Below are positions 9,757 through 20,063 of a stretch of 60,456 nucleotides of DNA, in pieces. Position 1 is the first letter of the stretch. Each line of letters opens with the position of its first letter. The DNA is from an uncultured archaeon (lineage in GTDB: Archaea; Thermoproteota; EX4484-205; JAAOZP01). The position numbers and the translations under genes were made by a program. The stretch is from assembly GCA_938045545.1 (NCBI GenBank), contig CALIBN010000011.1:1-60456 (forward strand). The letters run 5' to 3'. Under the pieces are notes generated by a model, which saw only the letters and a list, made by a program, of their open reading frames with translations, was not told the origin of the DNA and ran no database searches.

Positions 9757-10446
9757 TTGAGCAGGCCTTCAACGGTAAGCCGGCTTACCCTTCACGGTGA
9801 GAAGTTCGAGATAATTGTTGCACCCGACCCTGCGCTCAACTTCAAGCTAACGGGTAAGGGTGATGTGAGGAAGATTCTCCTGGTCGACGAGGTTTTCTCA
9901 GACTCTAAAAAGGGGCTTCGCGTACCTTCTGAGAGGCTTAGAAAATTCTTCGGAACAATAGACGTGTATGCGATAGCTGAAAGAATACTTCGGGAAGGAG
10001 AGCTACAGCTAACCGGGGAGCAAAGGCGCAGGATGATTGAGAGCAAGAGGCAGCAGATAGTGGCTATGCTTTCTAAACTACTCTTGGAGCCTTCAACGGG
10101 CAACCCTATTCCCTCCCTCAGGATTGAACAGTCGCTCAGCCAGACCAGTGTCTCAATAGATCCTTTTAAGCCTCCTGAGGAGCAGGTTAAGAACGTGGTT
10201 AAGGCTTTAAGACAGGTTCTCCAGTTTAAGGTTAACGAGGTTGTTTTAACGCTTACATGCCCGCAGACGCTTTCCAACGATGTCTACGGGTTTGCGAGCT
10301 CAATGGGTGAGGTTGACCAGACCCGGGTTCAGAAGGATAAAAGCGTTAAAATCACTGTTAGAATACCTTCTGTAACCATGTCCTATTTTCTAGAGGGCTT
10401 GGGGAAAAAATATGGCGACCAAGTAAAAGTTGATATAGGGGCTTAA
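9757..10446 (+). CDS. sdo1: Ribosome maturation factor SBDS/Sdo1
   Basis: GEKFEIIV, EVFSDSKKG, GELQLTGEQRR and IDPFKPPEEQV; operon context. Confidence 0.92.
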   Translation: MSRPSTVSRLTLHGEKFEIIVAPDPALNFKLTGKGDVRKILLVDEVFSDSKKGLRVPSERLRKFFGTIDVYAIAERILREGELQLTGEQRRRMIESKRQQIVAMLSKLLLEPSTGNPIPSLRIEQSLSQTSVSIDPFKPPEEQVKNVVKALRQVLQFKVNEVVLTLTCPQTLSNDVYGFASSMGEVDQTRVQKDKSVKITVRIPSVTMSYFLEGLGKKYGDQVKVDIGA

Positions 10447-10479
10447 GCACCACCCTAGCAATAGGAAGGAGGCTAAGGT

Positions 10480-11181
10480 TTGTTGCGGGGCAACGAGCAG
10501 CAACAGAGACAAAGGCCCATAGTCGTTCCAGGGGAGTATGTAGGGGACAGTAAGTTCCACATACCTGGCTTAAACGTTTACAGGCTGTCGGACAGGATGC
10601 TTGCAACCACCGTCGGGCTTGTTAGAATAGACGGGAAGCGTGTCGACGTTGTAGCGTTAAAGTCTTTCTACCAGCCTAAGGTTGGCGACCTGGTTGTGGG
10701 GATTGTTAAAGAGCCTGGTACAGCAGGATGGACTGTTGACATAAACTCCCCCTTCCTGGCCTTTTTACCCTTGTCAGAATACCCTGAGAAAAGGATCCGT
10801 CTGTCGAGGGACAGTATTGGAAGGATTCTGGAGGCGGGAACAGTCCTGGTAGGGCTTATTAAAGACGCTTCAATATTCTCGTCGCCCGTTATAACTCTGA
10901 AGGGAAAGGGGCTTGGAGTTGTTTCAAATGGGTTCCTGCTCAGCATAACTGCGTCTAAAGTGCCGCGTCTAATAGGGAAGAAGGGCTCGATGCTTTCCAC
11001 TATAGAGAAGGGGGCTAACGTTAAGCTTACAGTCGGCCAGAACGGGCGTTTAATAGTGCATTCTGAAGATTTAAACGTGGTCATGAAGGTTAAGGAGGTT
11101 ATTGGAATGATAGAGAAGGAGTCGCACGTCTACGGTTTAACTGAAAGAGTGGAGGCACTGCTCGCGGGAAGGAGGCCGTAG
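10480..11181 (+). CDS. rrp4: Exosome RNA-binding subunit Rrp4
   Basis: VVPGE, YQPKVGDLVVGIV (S1) and KVPRLIGKKGSM..VGQNGR (KH). Confidence 0.93.
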   Translation: MLRGNEQQQRQRPIVVPGEYVGDSKFHIPGLNVYRLSDRMLATTVGLVRIDGKRVDVVALKSFYQPKVGDLVVGIVKEPGTAGWTVDINSPFLAFLPLSEYPEKRIRLSRDSIGRILEAGTVLVGLIKDASIFSSPVITLKGKGLGVVSNGFLLSITASKVPRLIGKKGSMLSTIEKGANVKLTVGQNGRLIVHSEDLNVVMKVKEVIGMIEKESHVYGLTERVEALLAGRRP

Positions 11182-11186
11182 GGTAA

Positions 11187-11915
11187 ATGGGAGAGAGCAT
11201 TACCCTGTTTAGCGAAGACGGGAAGAGGTCTGACGGCAGGAGTCTCGACGAGCTTAGGCCTATCAGGATTAAAGTAGGCGTGCTGTCTAACGCTCAGGGC
11301 TCAGCATACATTGAGCAGGGTAGGAACAAGATTATCGCTGCAGTCTACGGTCCTAAGGAAGCTTTGCCGAAACACATTTCTCTACCAGACAGATGCATCT
11401 TGAGATGCCGCTACCATATGGCGCCCTTTTCAACGACGGAGAGAAAAAGCCCTGCTCCAAGCAGGAGGGAAATAGAGCTTTCAATGGTTCTTCGGAACGC
11501 TCTTGAACCGCTTGTAATGACTTGGCTTTTCCCACGGACAGTAATAGATATTTTCATAGAGGTTTTGCAGGCTGACGGCGGTACTCGCTGCGCAGGCCTG
11601 ACTGCAGCAGTATTGGCGCTAGCGGACGCGGGGATCCCGTTGAAAGGCCTGGTTGCGGCATGCGCCGTGGGCAAGGCTGATGGCAAGATACTCGTGGACC
11701 TTAACGATCTTGAGGACAAGTATGGGGAGGCAGACATGCCTGTTGCTTACAACCCGACTCTAGACGGGATAACCCTTCTGCAAATGGATGGAATTATGTC
11801 GAAAGAAGAGGTTGAGCAAGCATTGTCCCTGGCTATAACGGCTACGCAGAAAATGCACAAGATGCAGGTGGATGCGCTTAGGGAAAGGTTTTCCGTTCAG
11901 AGGAGGGAGGTTTAA
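11187..11915 (+). CDS. rrp41: Exosome catalytic subunit Rrp41
   Basis: RNase PH motifs RSDGR..DELRP, GSAYIEQG, YHMAPFST.ER, SRREIE and QADGGTR. Confidence 0.95.
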   Translation: MGESITLFSEDGKRSDGRSLDELRPIRIKVGVLSNAQGSAYIEQGRNKIIAAVYGPKEALPKHISLPDRCILRCRYHMAPFSTTERKSPAPSRREIELSMVLRNALEPLVMTWLFPRTVIDIFIEVLQADGGTRCAGLTAAVLALADAGIPLKGLVAACAVGKADGKILVDLNDLEDKYGEADMPVAYNPTLDGITLLQMDGIMSKEEVEQALSLAITATQKMHKMQVDALRERFSVQRREV

Positions 11916-12743
11916 ATGTCTATAACTGAGCAGAGGCCAGTCATCTCTAAGCTTGAGCAGCAGGAGCTGCGACGCCTACTTGCTGAGAACAAGAGGATTG
12001 ACGGCAGAAACCCTCTTCAATACAGGAATATCAGAGTCCAGCTGGGGTATGTGGAGAAGGCTGAGGGCTCAGCCCTGGTTGAGCTAGGCAACACTAAGGT
12101 TCTGGCCGCTGTCAAAGTCGGGATCGCAGTGCCTTTCGCAGATACGCCTAACGAGGGTATTCTCATAGTTAACGCGGAACTTGTTCCTCTGGCCTCGCCG
12201 GTTTTCGAACCCGGCCCGCCCTCCGAGGAGTCAATATCCCTATCAAGATACGTGGATAGGAGTATTAGAGAGTCTAAATCAATAGATCTTTCCTCGCTCT
12301 GCATAGTTCCCGGAAGATCCGTCTACTCGCTCTACGTAGACCTCTACATTCTTGACTACGATGGCAACCTTATCGACGCTTCACTAATAGCGAGCGTAAA
12401 CGCTCTGGGAATTACTAAAATGCCTAAATACGTTGTAGAAGGGCAGGCTATTAAGAAGACTGATGAATACTTTAAACTTGAGCTTAAGGATCACCCTGTC
12501 TCACTGACCTATGCTTTCCTAGATGATAAGTATGTGGTAGACCCTTGTCTCAGCGAGGAGTATGCTTCGGACTTCACTGTTTCAATGACTGTTAAGTCCG
12601 ACGATAGGTTTTGCGCAATCCAGAAGAACGGTGGGGGAATGATTTCCCCGAGGAGAGTAATAGAGCTGCTTGAAAGGTCCTTGGAGCTGGGGAAAGAGTT
12701 AAGAACAGTTGCCTACAGGCAGCTTACTGGCGGAAATGGCTAG
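11916..12743 (+). CDS. rrp42: Exosome subunit Rrp42
   Basis: RIDGR, KAEGSALVELGNTKV, FEPGPPSE and DYDGNLIDA. Confidence 0.95.
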   Translation: MSITEQRPVISKLEQQELRRLLAENKRIDGRNPLQYRNIRVQLGYVEKAEGSALVELGNTKVLAAVKVGIAVPFADTPNEGILIVNAELVPLASPVFEPGPPSEESISLSRYVDRSIRESKSIDLSSLCIVPGRSVYSLYVDLYILDYDGNLIDASLIASVNALGITKMPKYVVEGQAIKKTDEYFKLELKDHPVSLTYAFLDDKYVVDPCLSEEYASDFTVSMTVKSDDRFCAIQKNGGGMISPRRVIELLERSLELGKELRTVAYRQLTGGNG

Positions 12744-12999
12744 GAAGAAAGAGTCTGGGGCGCTGGGTGTAAAATACGGTTTCTCTCTTAGAGAGAGATA
12801 TATCAGGGTTCTTAAAAAGAGGAGGGCACTGTACAACTGCCAAAGGTGCAGTACAGGCGTTCTCAAAAGGCTCAGCGTAGGGGTTTGGAGCTGCAGGAAG
12901 TGTGGTTACACCTTCGCCGGAGGAGCGTATGAGCCGGTTACGAAAACCGGTGAAACCGCGGCGAGGATCGTTGCCAGCGCGTCCAAGCCTAAGCTTTAA
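12736..12999 (+). CDS. rpl37ae: 50S ribosomal protein L37Ae
   Basis: GVKYG..LR, CQRC...GVWSCRKCGYTFAGGAYEP; start moved to ATG at 12736. Confidence 0.93.
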   Translation: MARKKESGALGVKYGFSLRERYIRVLKKRRALYNCQRCSTGVLKRLSVGVWSCRKCGYTFAGGAYEPVTKTGETAARIVASASKPKL

Positions 13000-13007
13000 A
13001 GGTATAA

Positions 13008-13277
13008 ATGATAAGGATAAGGGTTAAGATTATTCTAAAATATGTGGACCAACGGGTGGCAGAATCCCTCTTTTTAGCCTGTCTTCAAGAAGCGGTTTCA
13101 GAGCCCAGGTCCGGAGTTAGGGCGAGGGTTGATGGAAACAGGCTTTTGCTTTTCTTCGAAGGCAGCAGCCCGTCTAAAACCTCTGAAAGAATAAGGAGCA
13201 TTTTAAGCCTGCTTAACACGGCTCAACAGGTTGACAGCATGCTGGGATCCGCGTGCCGGCAAGGCTTATCCTCTTGA
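13008..13277 (+). CDS. pcc1: KEOPS subunit Pcc1-like protein
   Basis: Size (89 aa), E...RS motif and the conserved position between rpl37ae and pfdB; sequence is divergent. Confidence 0.6.
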   Translation: MIRIRVKIILKYVDQRVAESLFLACLQEAVSEPRSGVRARVDGNRLLLFFEGSSPSKTSERIRSILSLLNTAQQVDSMLGSACRQGLSS

Positions 13278-13321
13278 GAAATATGTTTTTAAGCACGCAT
13301 TTAAAAGGTAAGACTTGAATA

Positions 13322-13687
13322 ATGTCCCAAGAGCTGCCTCTTCAACTGCAGGAAAAACTGTCACGGCTTCAACAGCTTCAACAGACGCTGGAGTCACTCT
13401 ACATTCAGAAGGAGCAGGCTAAGCTGGAGGCGAGAGAGCTAGAGTCAGCCCTGGAAGCGCTTTCCTCGATCGACGATAATACGCCGGTGTATCGGATAAC
13501 TGGGAGAATACTCGTCAGAAAGAATAGAGCCGATTTGATAAATGAGTTGAACGAGCAAATGGAGCTTGTTAAAGTAAGGATAAGTGCGATCGAGAGGCAG
13601 GAGAGCAAGATTAGGGAGAGGGCTGTCGAGCTTGAAAACGAGTTGAAGAATGCTCTTGCAGTAGGTAGGGGAGGCCAACCCGCTTAA
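13322..13687 (+). CDS. pfdB: Prefoldin beta subunit
   Basis: Coiled coils flanking the VYRITGRILV hairpin. Confidence 0.92.
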   Translation: MSQELPLQLQEKLSRLQQLQQTLESLYIQKEQAKLEARELESALEALSSIDDNTPVYRITGRILVRKNRADLINELNEQMELVKVRISAIERQESKIRERAVELENELKNALAVGRGGQPA

Positions 13688-13771
13688 ACCAATGCTGTTC
13701 AGAATGTTTCACTGCTCAGCCCCCGGCTTAGGGTTTTTAAACCCTTCCAGTAATCTCTGGCAAAACTAGAA

Positions 13772-14632
13772 ATGGCAGCGGTGGAACTGAGAAAACTGTA
13801 TTTCCGTTACGCTGGCTCCGAGAAACCAGCGTTAACCGATATTGACCTTACTATTGAAGAGGGGGAGAGCATACTTATAACAGGCCCCTCGGGTTGCGGG
13901 AAATCCACATTAGTGAGGGTCTTAATGGGCCTGATTCCGCACAGCTACCCGGGCGAGCTTAAAGGCGAGGCTTACGTGTTTGGAATGGATGTGAAAAACA
14001 CACCTGTAAGCAGGATAGCCACGCGCTGCGGGATAGTTTTCCAGAACCCTGACAATCAGCTGTTCACTTTCAGCGTTGAAGATGATGTTGCGTTTGGACC
14101 TGAGAATCTTGCTCTCCCGCCTGACGAGATCGGGAGGAGGGTTGACGAGGCTCTGCAGCTTGTTGGAATAGAGCATTTGAGACACTCGTCTCCCAACAAT
14201 CTTTCTGGAGGAGAGCAGCAGAAGGCTGCGATCGCCTCAATACTGTCGATGAAGCCCTCCCTACTGATATTTGACGAACCGACCTCCATGCTGGACCCCT
14301 CCTCCTCAGCAAGCCTGATTCAGAGGATCTTCGAGCTTAAACGGAGCCTTGATGAAACCGGTGGAAAGACCACTGTTATAATCGTGGAGCACAGGATAGA
14401 CCTTTTGCTCAAGCATCTCTCCAGAATAGTTGTGGTTTCTGAAGGAAGGGTGATTCTGGACGGGGATCCCCTGAGGGTTCTTGAAGACAGCTTTAGGAAA
14501 AAAATCCCGATAAACATTCCTCCTCTTCTCCAAATATATTTTCGGGTTAAAGATAAATGTGGGCTGAAAAACACTCCTGCCACCGTTAAAGAACTGGTCT
14601 CCATGCTGGGGGGACTGCCGAGCAATGGTTAA
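13772..14632 (+). CDS. ecfA: ECF transporter ATPase (EcfA1)
   Basis: GPSGCGKS, VFQNPDNQLF, LSGGEQQ, FDEPT and EH. Confidence 0.9.
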   Translation: MAAVELRKLYFRYAGSEKPALTDIDLTIEEGESILITGPSGCGKSTLVRVLMGLIPHSYPGELKGEAYVFGMDVKNTPVSRIATRCGIVFQNPDNQLFTFSVEDDVAFGPENLALPPDEIGRRVDEALQLVGIEHLRHSSPNNLSGGEQQKAAIASILSMKPSLLIFDEPTSMLDPSSSASLIQRIFELKRSLDETGGKTTVIIVEHRIDLLLKHLSRIVVVSEGRVILDGDPLRVLEDSFRKKIPINIPPLLQIYFRVKDKCGLKNTPATVKELVSMLGGLPSNG

Positions 14633-15449
14633 AATAGTTGTGGAGAGCCTTTACTTCCGTTATCCTGAAGCCTCAGACTACGCCTTGCGAAACATCAGCT
14701 TCAGAATCGTAGAGGGGGAGAGTGTTGCGATACTCGGTGAGAATGGCGCCGGCAAGACTACGCTTGCGAAAAACCTTAATGGCCTTCTTAAACCGACGGA
14801 GGGGAGCGTTAAGATAGACGGTGTAGACACTAGGAACCTGTCCGTCGCGAAAATCGCTAGGAAAATCGGCTTCGTCAACCATAATCCTGAACACCAGTTT
14901 TTCGCCGAGAAGGTTGAGGACGAGGTTAGGTTCGGCCTCAGGAACTTCGGGTTTTCAGAGGAAGCGGCAGATAAGACTATTCAAGAGGTTCTCAATGTTT
15001 TCGGGCTTGAGGAGTATCGCGGTAAAAACCCGTTTCAACTCAGCGGCGGTGAGAAGAAAAGGCTTGCAATCGCCTCAATAATGGCTTGGCGTCCAGAGGC
15101 GCTGATTGTTGACGAACCGACCATAGGTATGGATTATGCTCAGAAGCTGAATATTCGCAGAGTTTTGAGAAGCATAGTCTCAGAAGGAAGGTGCGTAATA
15201 GTGATAACGCACGACGTGGATTTCGCGGCAAGCATATGTGAGAGGGCTATAATCCTAAGCAGGGGTGAAGTAATCGGCGACGGAAGGCTAAGGGACCTTC
15301 TTTCAGACGATAAGCTGGTTGAAAAGGCTTCTCTACGGAAGCCCTTTCTCATAGAGCTAGAGAAGGAGACTGGCCTTACCGGCTTAGAGGAGGATTTCGA
15401 CGCGATCAGCAGCACCCTTGTGGAGGTTTTTCAGAAATGTCGTTCCTAA
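14625..15449 (+). CDS. ecfA: ECF transporter ATPase (EcfA2)
   Basis: GENGAGKT, NPEHQFF, PFQLSGGEKKR, DEPT and THD. Confidence 0.9.
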   Translation: MVKIVVESLYFRYPEASDYALRNISFRIVEGESVAILGENGAGKTTLAKNLNGLLKPTEGSVKIDGVDTRNLSVAKIARKIGFVNHNPEHQFFAEKVEDEVRFGLRNFGFSEEAADKTIQEVLNVFGLEEYRGKNPFQLSGGEKKRLAIASIMAWRPEALIVDEPTIGMDYAQKLNIRRVLRSIVSEGRCVIVITHDVDFAASICERAIILSRGEVIGDGRLRDLLSDDKLVEKASLRKPFLIELEKETGLTGLEEDFDAISSTLVEVFQKCRS

Positions 15450-16168
15450 GAGCCTTCAAATACAGGAGGAAAGACACCGCGGTGCACAGGCTTGACCCCA
15501 GATCCAAGTTTCTGCTTTCAATCATACTAATGGCGGTCTCAATAGTGTTCACGGATATTCGTGTTCTCCTCGCACTAGTCTTCGGGCAGATAATCCTGCT
15601 TTCCCTAGCTGAGTCCCTTAGAGAATGGCTCTCATCTTTAAGGGGTCTCCTATTCTTCTTCGCAGTAATCTTCGCTACACAAATATTATTCGGAGGAACC
15701 CTTTACACGGGCTTCATACTCTCGCTCAGGCTCCTAGCGCTCTCCTCGTCAATGTCATGGTTCTTCCTTTCCTCAACCCCGGAGGATATTGGACGAGCCA
15801 TGAGCGTTGCAGGCCTTCCGATTGAGCTAACGTTCTCCTTCACGATGGCCATACGGTTCATACCCGTTATCTACGACGAGTTTCAATCAATATATGATAC
15901 TCAGCGTTCAAGAGGGCTTGAACTCGAAAAAGGCGGTTTCAGAAATAGGATTAGAAACCTTATGCCAGTTTTAATCCCGTTGCTGGTTGGAACGATAAGG
16001 AGAACGTATGAAATAGCTGACGCCATGGAGGTTAGGGCATTCGGGGCTTCTCCGAAGAGAACCATTTTCAAGCCGCTAAGACTTAAGAGCGGAGACTATC
16101 TTGTATGCGCAGCCTCAGCAATACTTGTTGCATCAGCAGCCTATCTTAAGCTTCTCGGTATTGAATAG
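15437..16168 (+). CDS. ecfT: ECF transporter transmembrane component T
   Basis: HRLDPRSK, AIRFIP, QRSRG and AMEVRAF motifs; several TM helices. Confidence 0.9.
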   Translation: MSFLRAFKYRRKDTAVHRLDPRSKFLLSIILMAVSIVFTDIRVLLALVFGQIILLSLAESLREWLSSLRGLLFFFAVIFATQILFGGTLYTGFILSLRLLALSSSMSWFFLSSTPEDIGRAMSVAGLPIELTFSFTMAIRFIPVIYDEFQSIYDTQRSRGLELEKGGFRNRIRNLMPVLIPLLVGTIRRTYEIADAMEVRAFGASPKRTIFKPLRLKSGDYLVCAASAILVASAAYLKLLGIE

Positions 16169-16240
16169 GTTGGCGAAGCCTACTCGCTAGTCTTATGCCC
16201 CAGACTGATGAAAGCCTGACTGAGTACACTAGCCCCGTAT

Positions 16241-17746
16241 TCAAGCAAAGCTTATTTCAGAGAAGCCTCCGTTTTTAAGCTCCAGTATTCCTGCGACATT
16301 AGGAGTAGGCATTATCCCCATCTGCTCCTGATATTTTGTTCTCTCCTGCCATGTTCCACTGTTGACAAGCCTAATACCCTTGTAGACCCTGCTCCTGAAG
16401 ACATGAACGTGACCCGTATGAAAAACGTCTGGAACATCCTCCACGACGAGCTCGTCAACACTCTGCGTTAGAAGAGGAGTCCTGGAACCGTAAACCGGTG
16501 CGAGATGCCTGAGTTGAAGCATTAGTTCCATAGAGTTATCAGGCTTATCGTAACTAGCGTTCTTAGAGAAAGTAGCAATATCCTCCATGCTCGTACCATG
16601 GTAAACCAAGAATCGAACACCGTGCAGCGAAACCATGCACGGATTGCTTAGCGACAGGAGGTTCCCGTTGGACCCCGCCCTCCCCATGTACTCTCTGAAT
16701 ATCGGGGACTGCGGGAGCGCCCTTGGCGCTGCATCATGGTTTCCAGGTATCACTATCATCTTTATGTAGTCAGGTATTTGGCTCAAGATTTCAAGAAGCA
16801 TTTCATACTGTTTCTCCACGTCCTTAACTTGAAGCTCCTTCTCCTGCTGAGGATAAATGCCAACCCCGTCTACAAGGTCCCCGGCTATAACGATATACTT
16901 GATCTTGAAAGCACGACTCCGCTCCCTCTCGTTCAACCCTCCTCCCCTAAGCCATCTCACCATTCTCATGAAGGCCTTCTCGGAGAACTTCTGACTTCCA
17001 AAATGAATATCCGATGTCATTAATACTGAAACATCCTCGTCGGCCATCCCAATCTTTTTCAGAGGAACATCCGGGAAAATCAGTGACCTGCAGAAAAGCC
17101 TTGAACCTGAGACGCGGAAGGATACCCCTACCACGGAGTCCGGAATAAGCCTGTCGATCTTCTCCCTTAAATCTCTGCTGCAATCTTTAGGAATCATTAT
17201 CTTCGCTGTTGTCTCAGGGTCCTCAACCACCAGATAGTTTTCATGCTTCTCGTAAAGCATCACTATTGTCTTACCCTCCGAACCGTCTGGGAGACCGCGG
17301 GCCTTTCTCAAAGAATAGTACGGCGATAAGTCGGCCCGGCTTCTCAGTATGGAGGATATTTTACGATACCTGTCGACGAAGTATTGTCTCTTGGCTTCAA
17401 GATCGTCTGAAAAAGGCTTGGCTTCATAAGTTTTTAAGACTTCAACCTTCGCCTCAACATCCCTAGCTAAAACCTGGGGGTGAACCCCTATTGACACTTC
17501 AGACCTTGCCCGGTCACCTATGAGCTGCGCAACCATCTCCTTGGAAACTACGAGGTTGCTTCCCTGCTCCCCAGTCTTACCAGCTAGCTTGTCGAGCAGG
17601 CTTTGAATAGATGTTTCATCATAGTTTTCAACAAGCATTGAAAGCGCCTCAGTGTTTAAAAGCATCCCGCGGCGCGCAGCCTCCGTTAAGATTTTCCTCT
17701 TCACAGCCTCCTTATCTTGAGTCAACCAGTCAAGGAATAATGGCAA
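16241..17746 (-). CDS. dp1: DNA polymerase D small (exonuclease) subunit DP1
   Basis: Calcineurin-like motifs SDIHFGS, AGDLVDGVGIYPQQ, PGNHD, YHG, RHLAPVYG, HTGHVH and NSGTWQ. Confidence 0.93.
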   Translation of the reverse strand: MPLFLDWLTQDKEAVKRKILTEAARRGMLLNTEALSMLVENYDETSIQSLLDKLAGKTGEQGSNLVVSKEMVAQLIGDRARSEVSIGVHPQVLARDVEAKVEVLKTYEAKPFSDDLEAKRQYFVDRYRKISSILRSRADLSPYYSLRKARGLPDGSEGKTIVMLYEKHENYLVVEDPETTAKIMIPKDCSRDLREKIDRLIPDSVVGVSFRVSGSRLFCRSLIFPDVPLKKIGMADEDVSVLMTSDIHFGSQKFSEKAFMRMVRWLRGGGLNERERSRAFKIKYIVIAGDLVDGVGIYPQQEKELQVKDVEKQYEMLLEILSQIPDYIKMIVIPGNHDAAPRALPQSPIFREYMGRAGSNGNLLSLSNPCMVSLHGVRFLVYHGTSMEDIATFSKNASYDKPDNSMELMLQLRHLAPVYGSRTPLLTQSVDELVVEDVPDVFHTGHVHVFRSRVYKGIRLVNSGTWQERTKYQEQMGIMPTPNVAGILELKNGGFSEISFA

Positions 17747-17833
17747 CGGTTAAGTTAAACCTTGCCCCCCGTTAGGCCTACAGGTCTGCGGAAAGTTTAT
17801 TTACTATAAACAGAGGCAATTAACAGGTCTGCG

Positions 17834-18013
17834 ATGTCTAAGAAGCGTTCGAAGAGGGATAGGCGGGGTTCACGCCTCCCCGCTGGAACAGCCGGTCTCT
17901 TAAGCACACTGGGTGAAAAGGGCAAGGGTTTCCAGATTAAGCCAGTAGTAATAATTATTCTTTCCGCGGCTCTGATAGTGGGGAGCATTCTAATACTATT
18001 GTTGAACATATAG
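17834..18013 (+). CDS. secG: Preprotein translocase subunit Sec61beta (59 aa)
   Basis: Below the ORF-track cutoff: MSKKRSKRDRRGSRLPAGTAGLLSTLGEKGKGFQIKPVVIIILSAALIVGSILILLLNI. Basic N-terminus, AGL motif, I.P followed by one TM helix. Confidence 0.8.
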   Translation: MSKKRSKRDRRGSRLPAGTAGLLSTLGEKGKGFQIKPVVIIILSAALIVGSILILLLNI

Positions 18014-18016
18014 GGA

Positions 18017-19786
18017 TTGTCTTCTACAGACGTTTCCCGCCACCTCAGGCTCCTCTTTTCATTCCCGTCTTTAAGCATTATTCTTCTCGCAAACCTTCTG
18101 CTGGAATCGCTTGTTTCACTAGCTTTGCTTTCATTAATCCCATCTTTCAAAATGTTCCCGCAACTACTGGTTGTTTTTTTCACGCCATCCTTGTTCTCAG
18201 CATTAATGCACAGTGCTTTTTTCCACGGGGACAGGGTTTTCACATTGAGAAGGTTTTTCGCTCTTCAACTAGTCCAGGAAGCCTTATACGCGTTTCTAGT
18301 CATCGTCGGAGTCCTAGCAAGCATTCTGCTCCCTGTTGAGCCGAGCCTCACCATCCCTCCTGCAACAATATTCGGAATCGCGGCCTCCTCTTTCATATCT
18401 TTCCTAGTTATAACGGGTTTCTCCAGGAGGAGTATACCCGGCATTCTTACAGTCTACCTGCTGAACACTGTTCTCCAATCTTTCCGTTGGATAGTTGCGG
18501 GCACTATTCTCTTTAAAAACCTGACGGAGGTTTTGACAGCGATACTGCTATCATTCTCAACAGGCATATTACTGCTCGCAGCCCTAAGCCTTAAAAGGGT
18601 CAGGGGTAAAACCTCGCCTTTAACAGTATTCCAAGCATACTTAGACTATCATTTCAATAAAGACGGGGAGCCGCTTGAAAGGTTTTTCGAAGAAGCAAGC
18701 CGGGAGAACATTCTGAGGCTTTCCACAGTTACTTTCACGGCTATTGGAAAGCCGCCCACATCCTTAATAGGCCTGAACATTCATTTCGGGCCCTTCGGAA
18801 CGCTTGGCAGCAGCACTTTGCCGAATAGCCTGGTTGAGAAGCTGGAGGGTGAGAGCAGGCGTCGAATAATGCTGCTACGCTCCCTTTCAGACCATAGTCT
18901 CAACCTTCCTTCAAGGAGAGAGGTTGAAAAAGTAGGCGGCATGATAATAGCGGGTTTGAATTCAGGCAGGAGACTTGAAGACTTTCCAGCGGGCTTCTCC
19001 CAGAGGGAGGCTGAAGGATACTGCGTCACCGCGGCACGCTTAGGCCCATACTGCATAGTCTTCCTGTCCTGCCCAGGCCACTCGGTTGAGGACCTTCCAC
19101 CGGAATGGTTGCCGAGGCTATCAAGCCTGGTTGAGAAAAAAGGCTTAACCCCCCTCCTCATATGTGACGCGCACAACTCTATAGATCCATCCAGCTGGAA
19201 GGTGAGAAGCCCAGACGAGAAGATTTTCGAAAACCTGCTCTGGGAGGCTTTGGAAGACTTGGAGAAGACCCTGGGGAAAAACTTGAGAACCGGTTTCCAC
19301 AGGATTACGCCTAAAAGTCTTCCCCGTGAGGAAGTAGGCCCAGGCGGGGTTTCAAGCCTAGTGTTCAACGTGGACGGTGAGAACCATGCTGTCATAGTGA
19401 TCGACGGCAATAACATGGTCATCGGGGTTAGGAACATTCTGGCTGAAATCCTCAGGAAGCGTTTCAACATTTCAACCCTAGAGATAGTCACTACGGATAC
19501 GCATTTTTTAACAGGTTTGAAAAAGGCTGAGAAAGGGTATTTCCCAGTCGGGTTTAAGACGAACGTTGAATCTCTGCTCGAAGCATGCGGGGAAGCCTTG
19601 TCCAGAGCGTTAGAGGATGCCTCGCCATGTGGGCTTGAGGTTTACATAGATGACGCTAAGCCGGTTAGGGTCACGGGCGATATTTTCAGAGAGCTTGAGA
19701 AGATTGTGGAATACTCCGAGAAGACCATTGTGTTACTAATGCTACTGCTTGTCGTGTCAACCAGCTTCCTGCTCTACGCTTTCTGA
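18017..19786 (+). CDS. DUF2070-family membrane protein
   Basis: N-terminal TM helices; HFGPFGTLGSS.LP, DH..NL, D.HN, DGNNM and TTDTH motifs. Confidence 0.85.
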   Translation: MSSTDVSRHLRLLFSFPSLSIILLANLLLESLVSLALLSLIPSFKMFPQLLVVFFTPSLFSALMHSAFFHGDRVFTLRRFFALQLVQEALYAFLVIVGVLASILLPVEPSLTIPPATIFGIAASSFISFLVITGFSRRSIPGILTVYLLNTVLQSFRWIVAGTILFKNLTEVLTAILLSFSTGILLLAALSLKRVRGKTSPLTVFQAYLDYHFNKDGEPLERFFEEASRENILRLSTVTFTAIGKPPTSLIGLNIHFGPFGTLGSSTLPNSLVEKLEGESRRRIMLLRSLSDHSLNLPSRREVEKVGGMIIAGLNSGRRLEDFPAGFSQREAEGYCVTAARLGPYCIVFLSCPGHSVEDLPPEWLPRLSSLVEKKGLTPLLICDAHNSIDPSSWKVRSPDEKIFENLLWEALEDLEKTLGKNLRTGFHRITPKSLPREEVGPGGVSSLVFNVDGENHAVIVIDGNNMVIGVRNILAEILRKRFNISTLEIVTTDTHFLTGLKKAEKGYFPVGFKTNVESLLEACGEALSRALEDASPCGLEVYIDDAKPVRVTGDIFRELEKIVEYSEKTIVLLMLLLVVSTSFLLYAF

Positions 19787-19787
19787 C

Positions 19788-20063
19788 TCATTTTGAATGA
19801 GGGTTTTTAAGGACTATTTCGATAACAGGGATTATCCTCGAGTTTTCAGCATCATTAACATCCTCAACTATTCTAATCTCAAGTATCTGTGTCCCAGCCA
19901 CGTTTCTGCGGAGAAGATTCGCTACGTCGACAGCCCTAGAAATATTGCTACCCCTCCCCCGTATCGTTAGGGTTTTACTGCCGCTGTTGAAAACAGTGAT
20001 GCAGGCGGTAACATAGTTCCACGGCTTCTTCTTGCCGACGACCACTATTGAGCTACTGTTCAA
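19788..20063 (-). CDS. albA: Chromatin protein Alba
   Basis: VGKKKPWNYVTA, IRGRGSNISRAVDVA and IEIVL. Confidence 0.9.
   Translation of the reverse strand: MNSSSIVVVGKKKPWNYVTACITVFNSGSKTLTIRGRGSNISRAVDVANLLRRNVAGTQILEIRIVEDVNDAENSRIIPVIEIVLKNPHSK

Noticed and set aside
17797-19491. Long antisense ORFs (17797-18243, 18781-19491, and similar ones such as 53418-54053 and 45704-46198)
   Set aside because: They are shadows opposite well-supported genes, with Ser/Leu-rich composition and no motifs.
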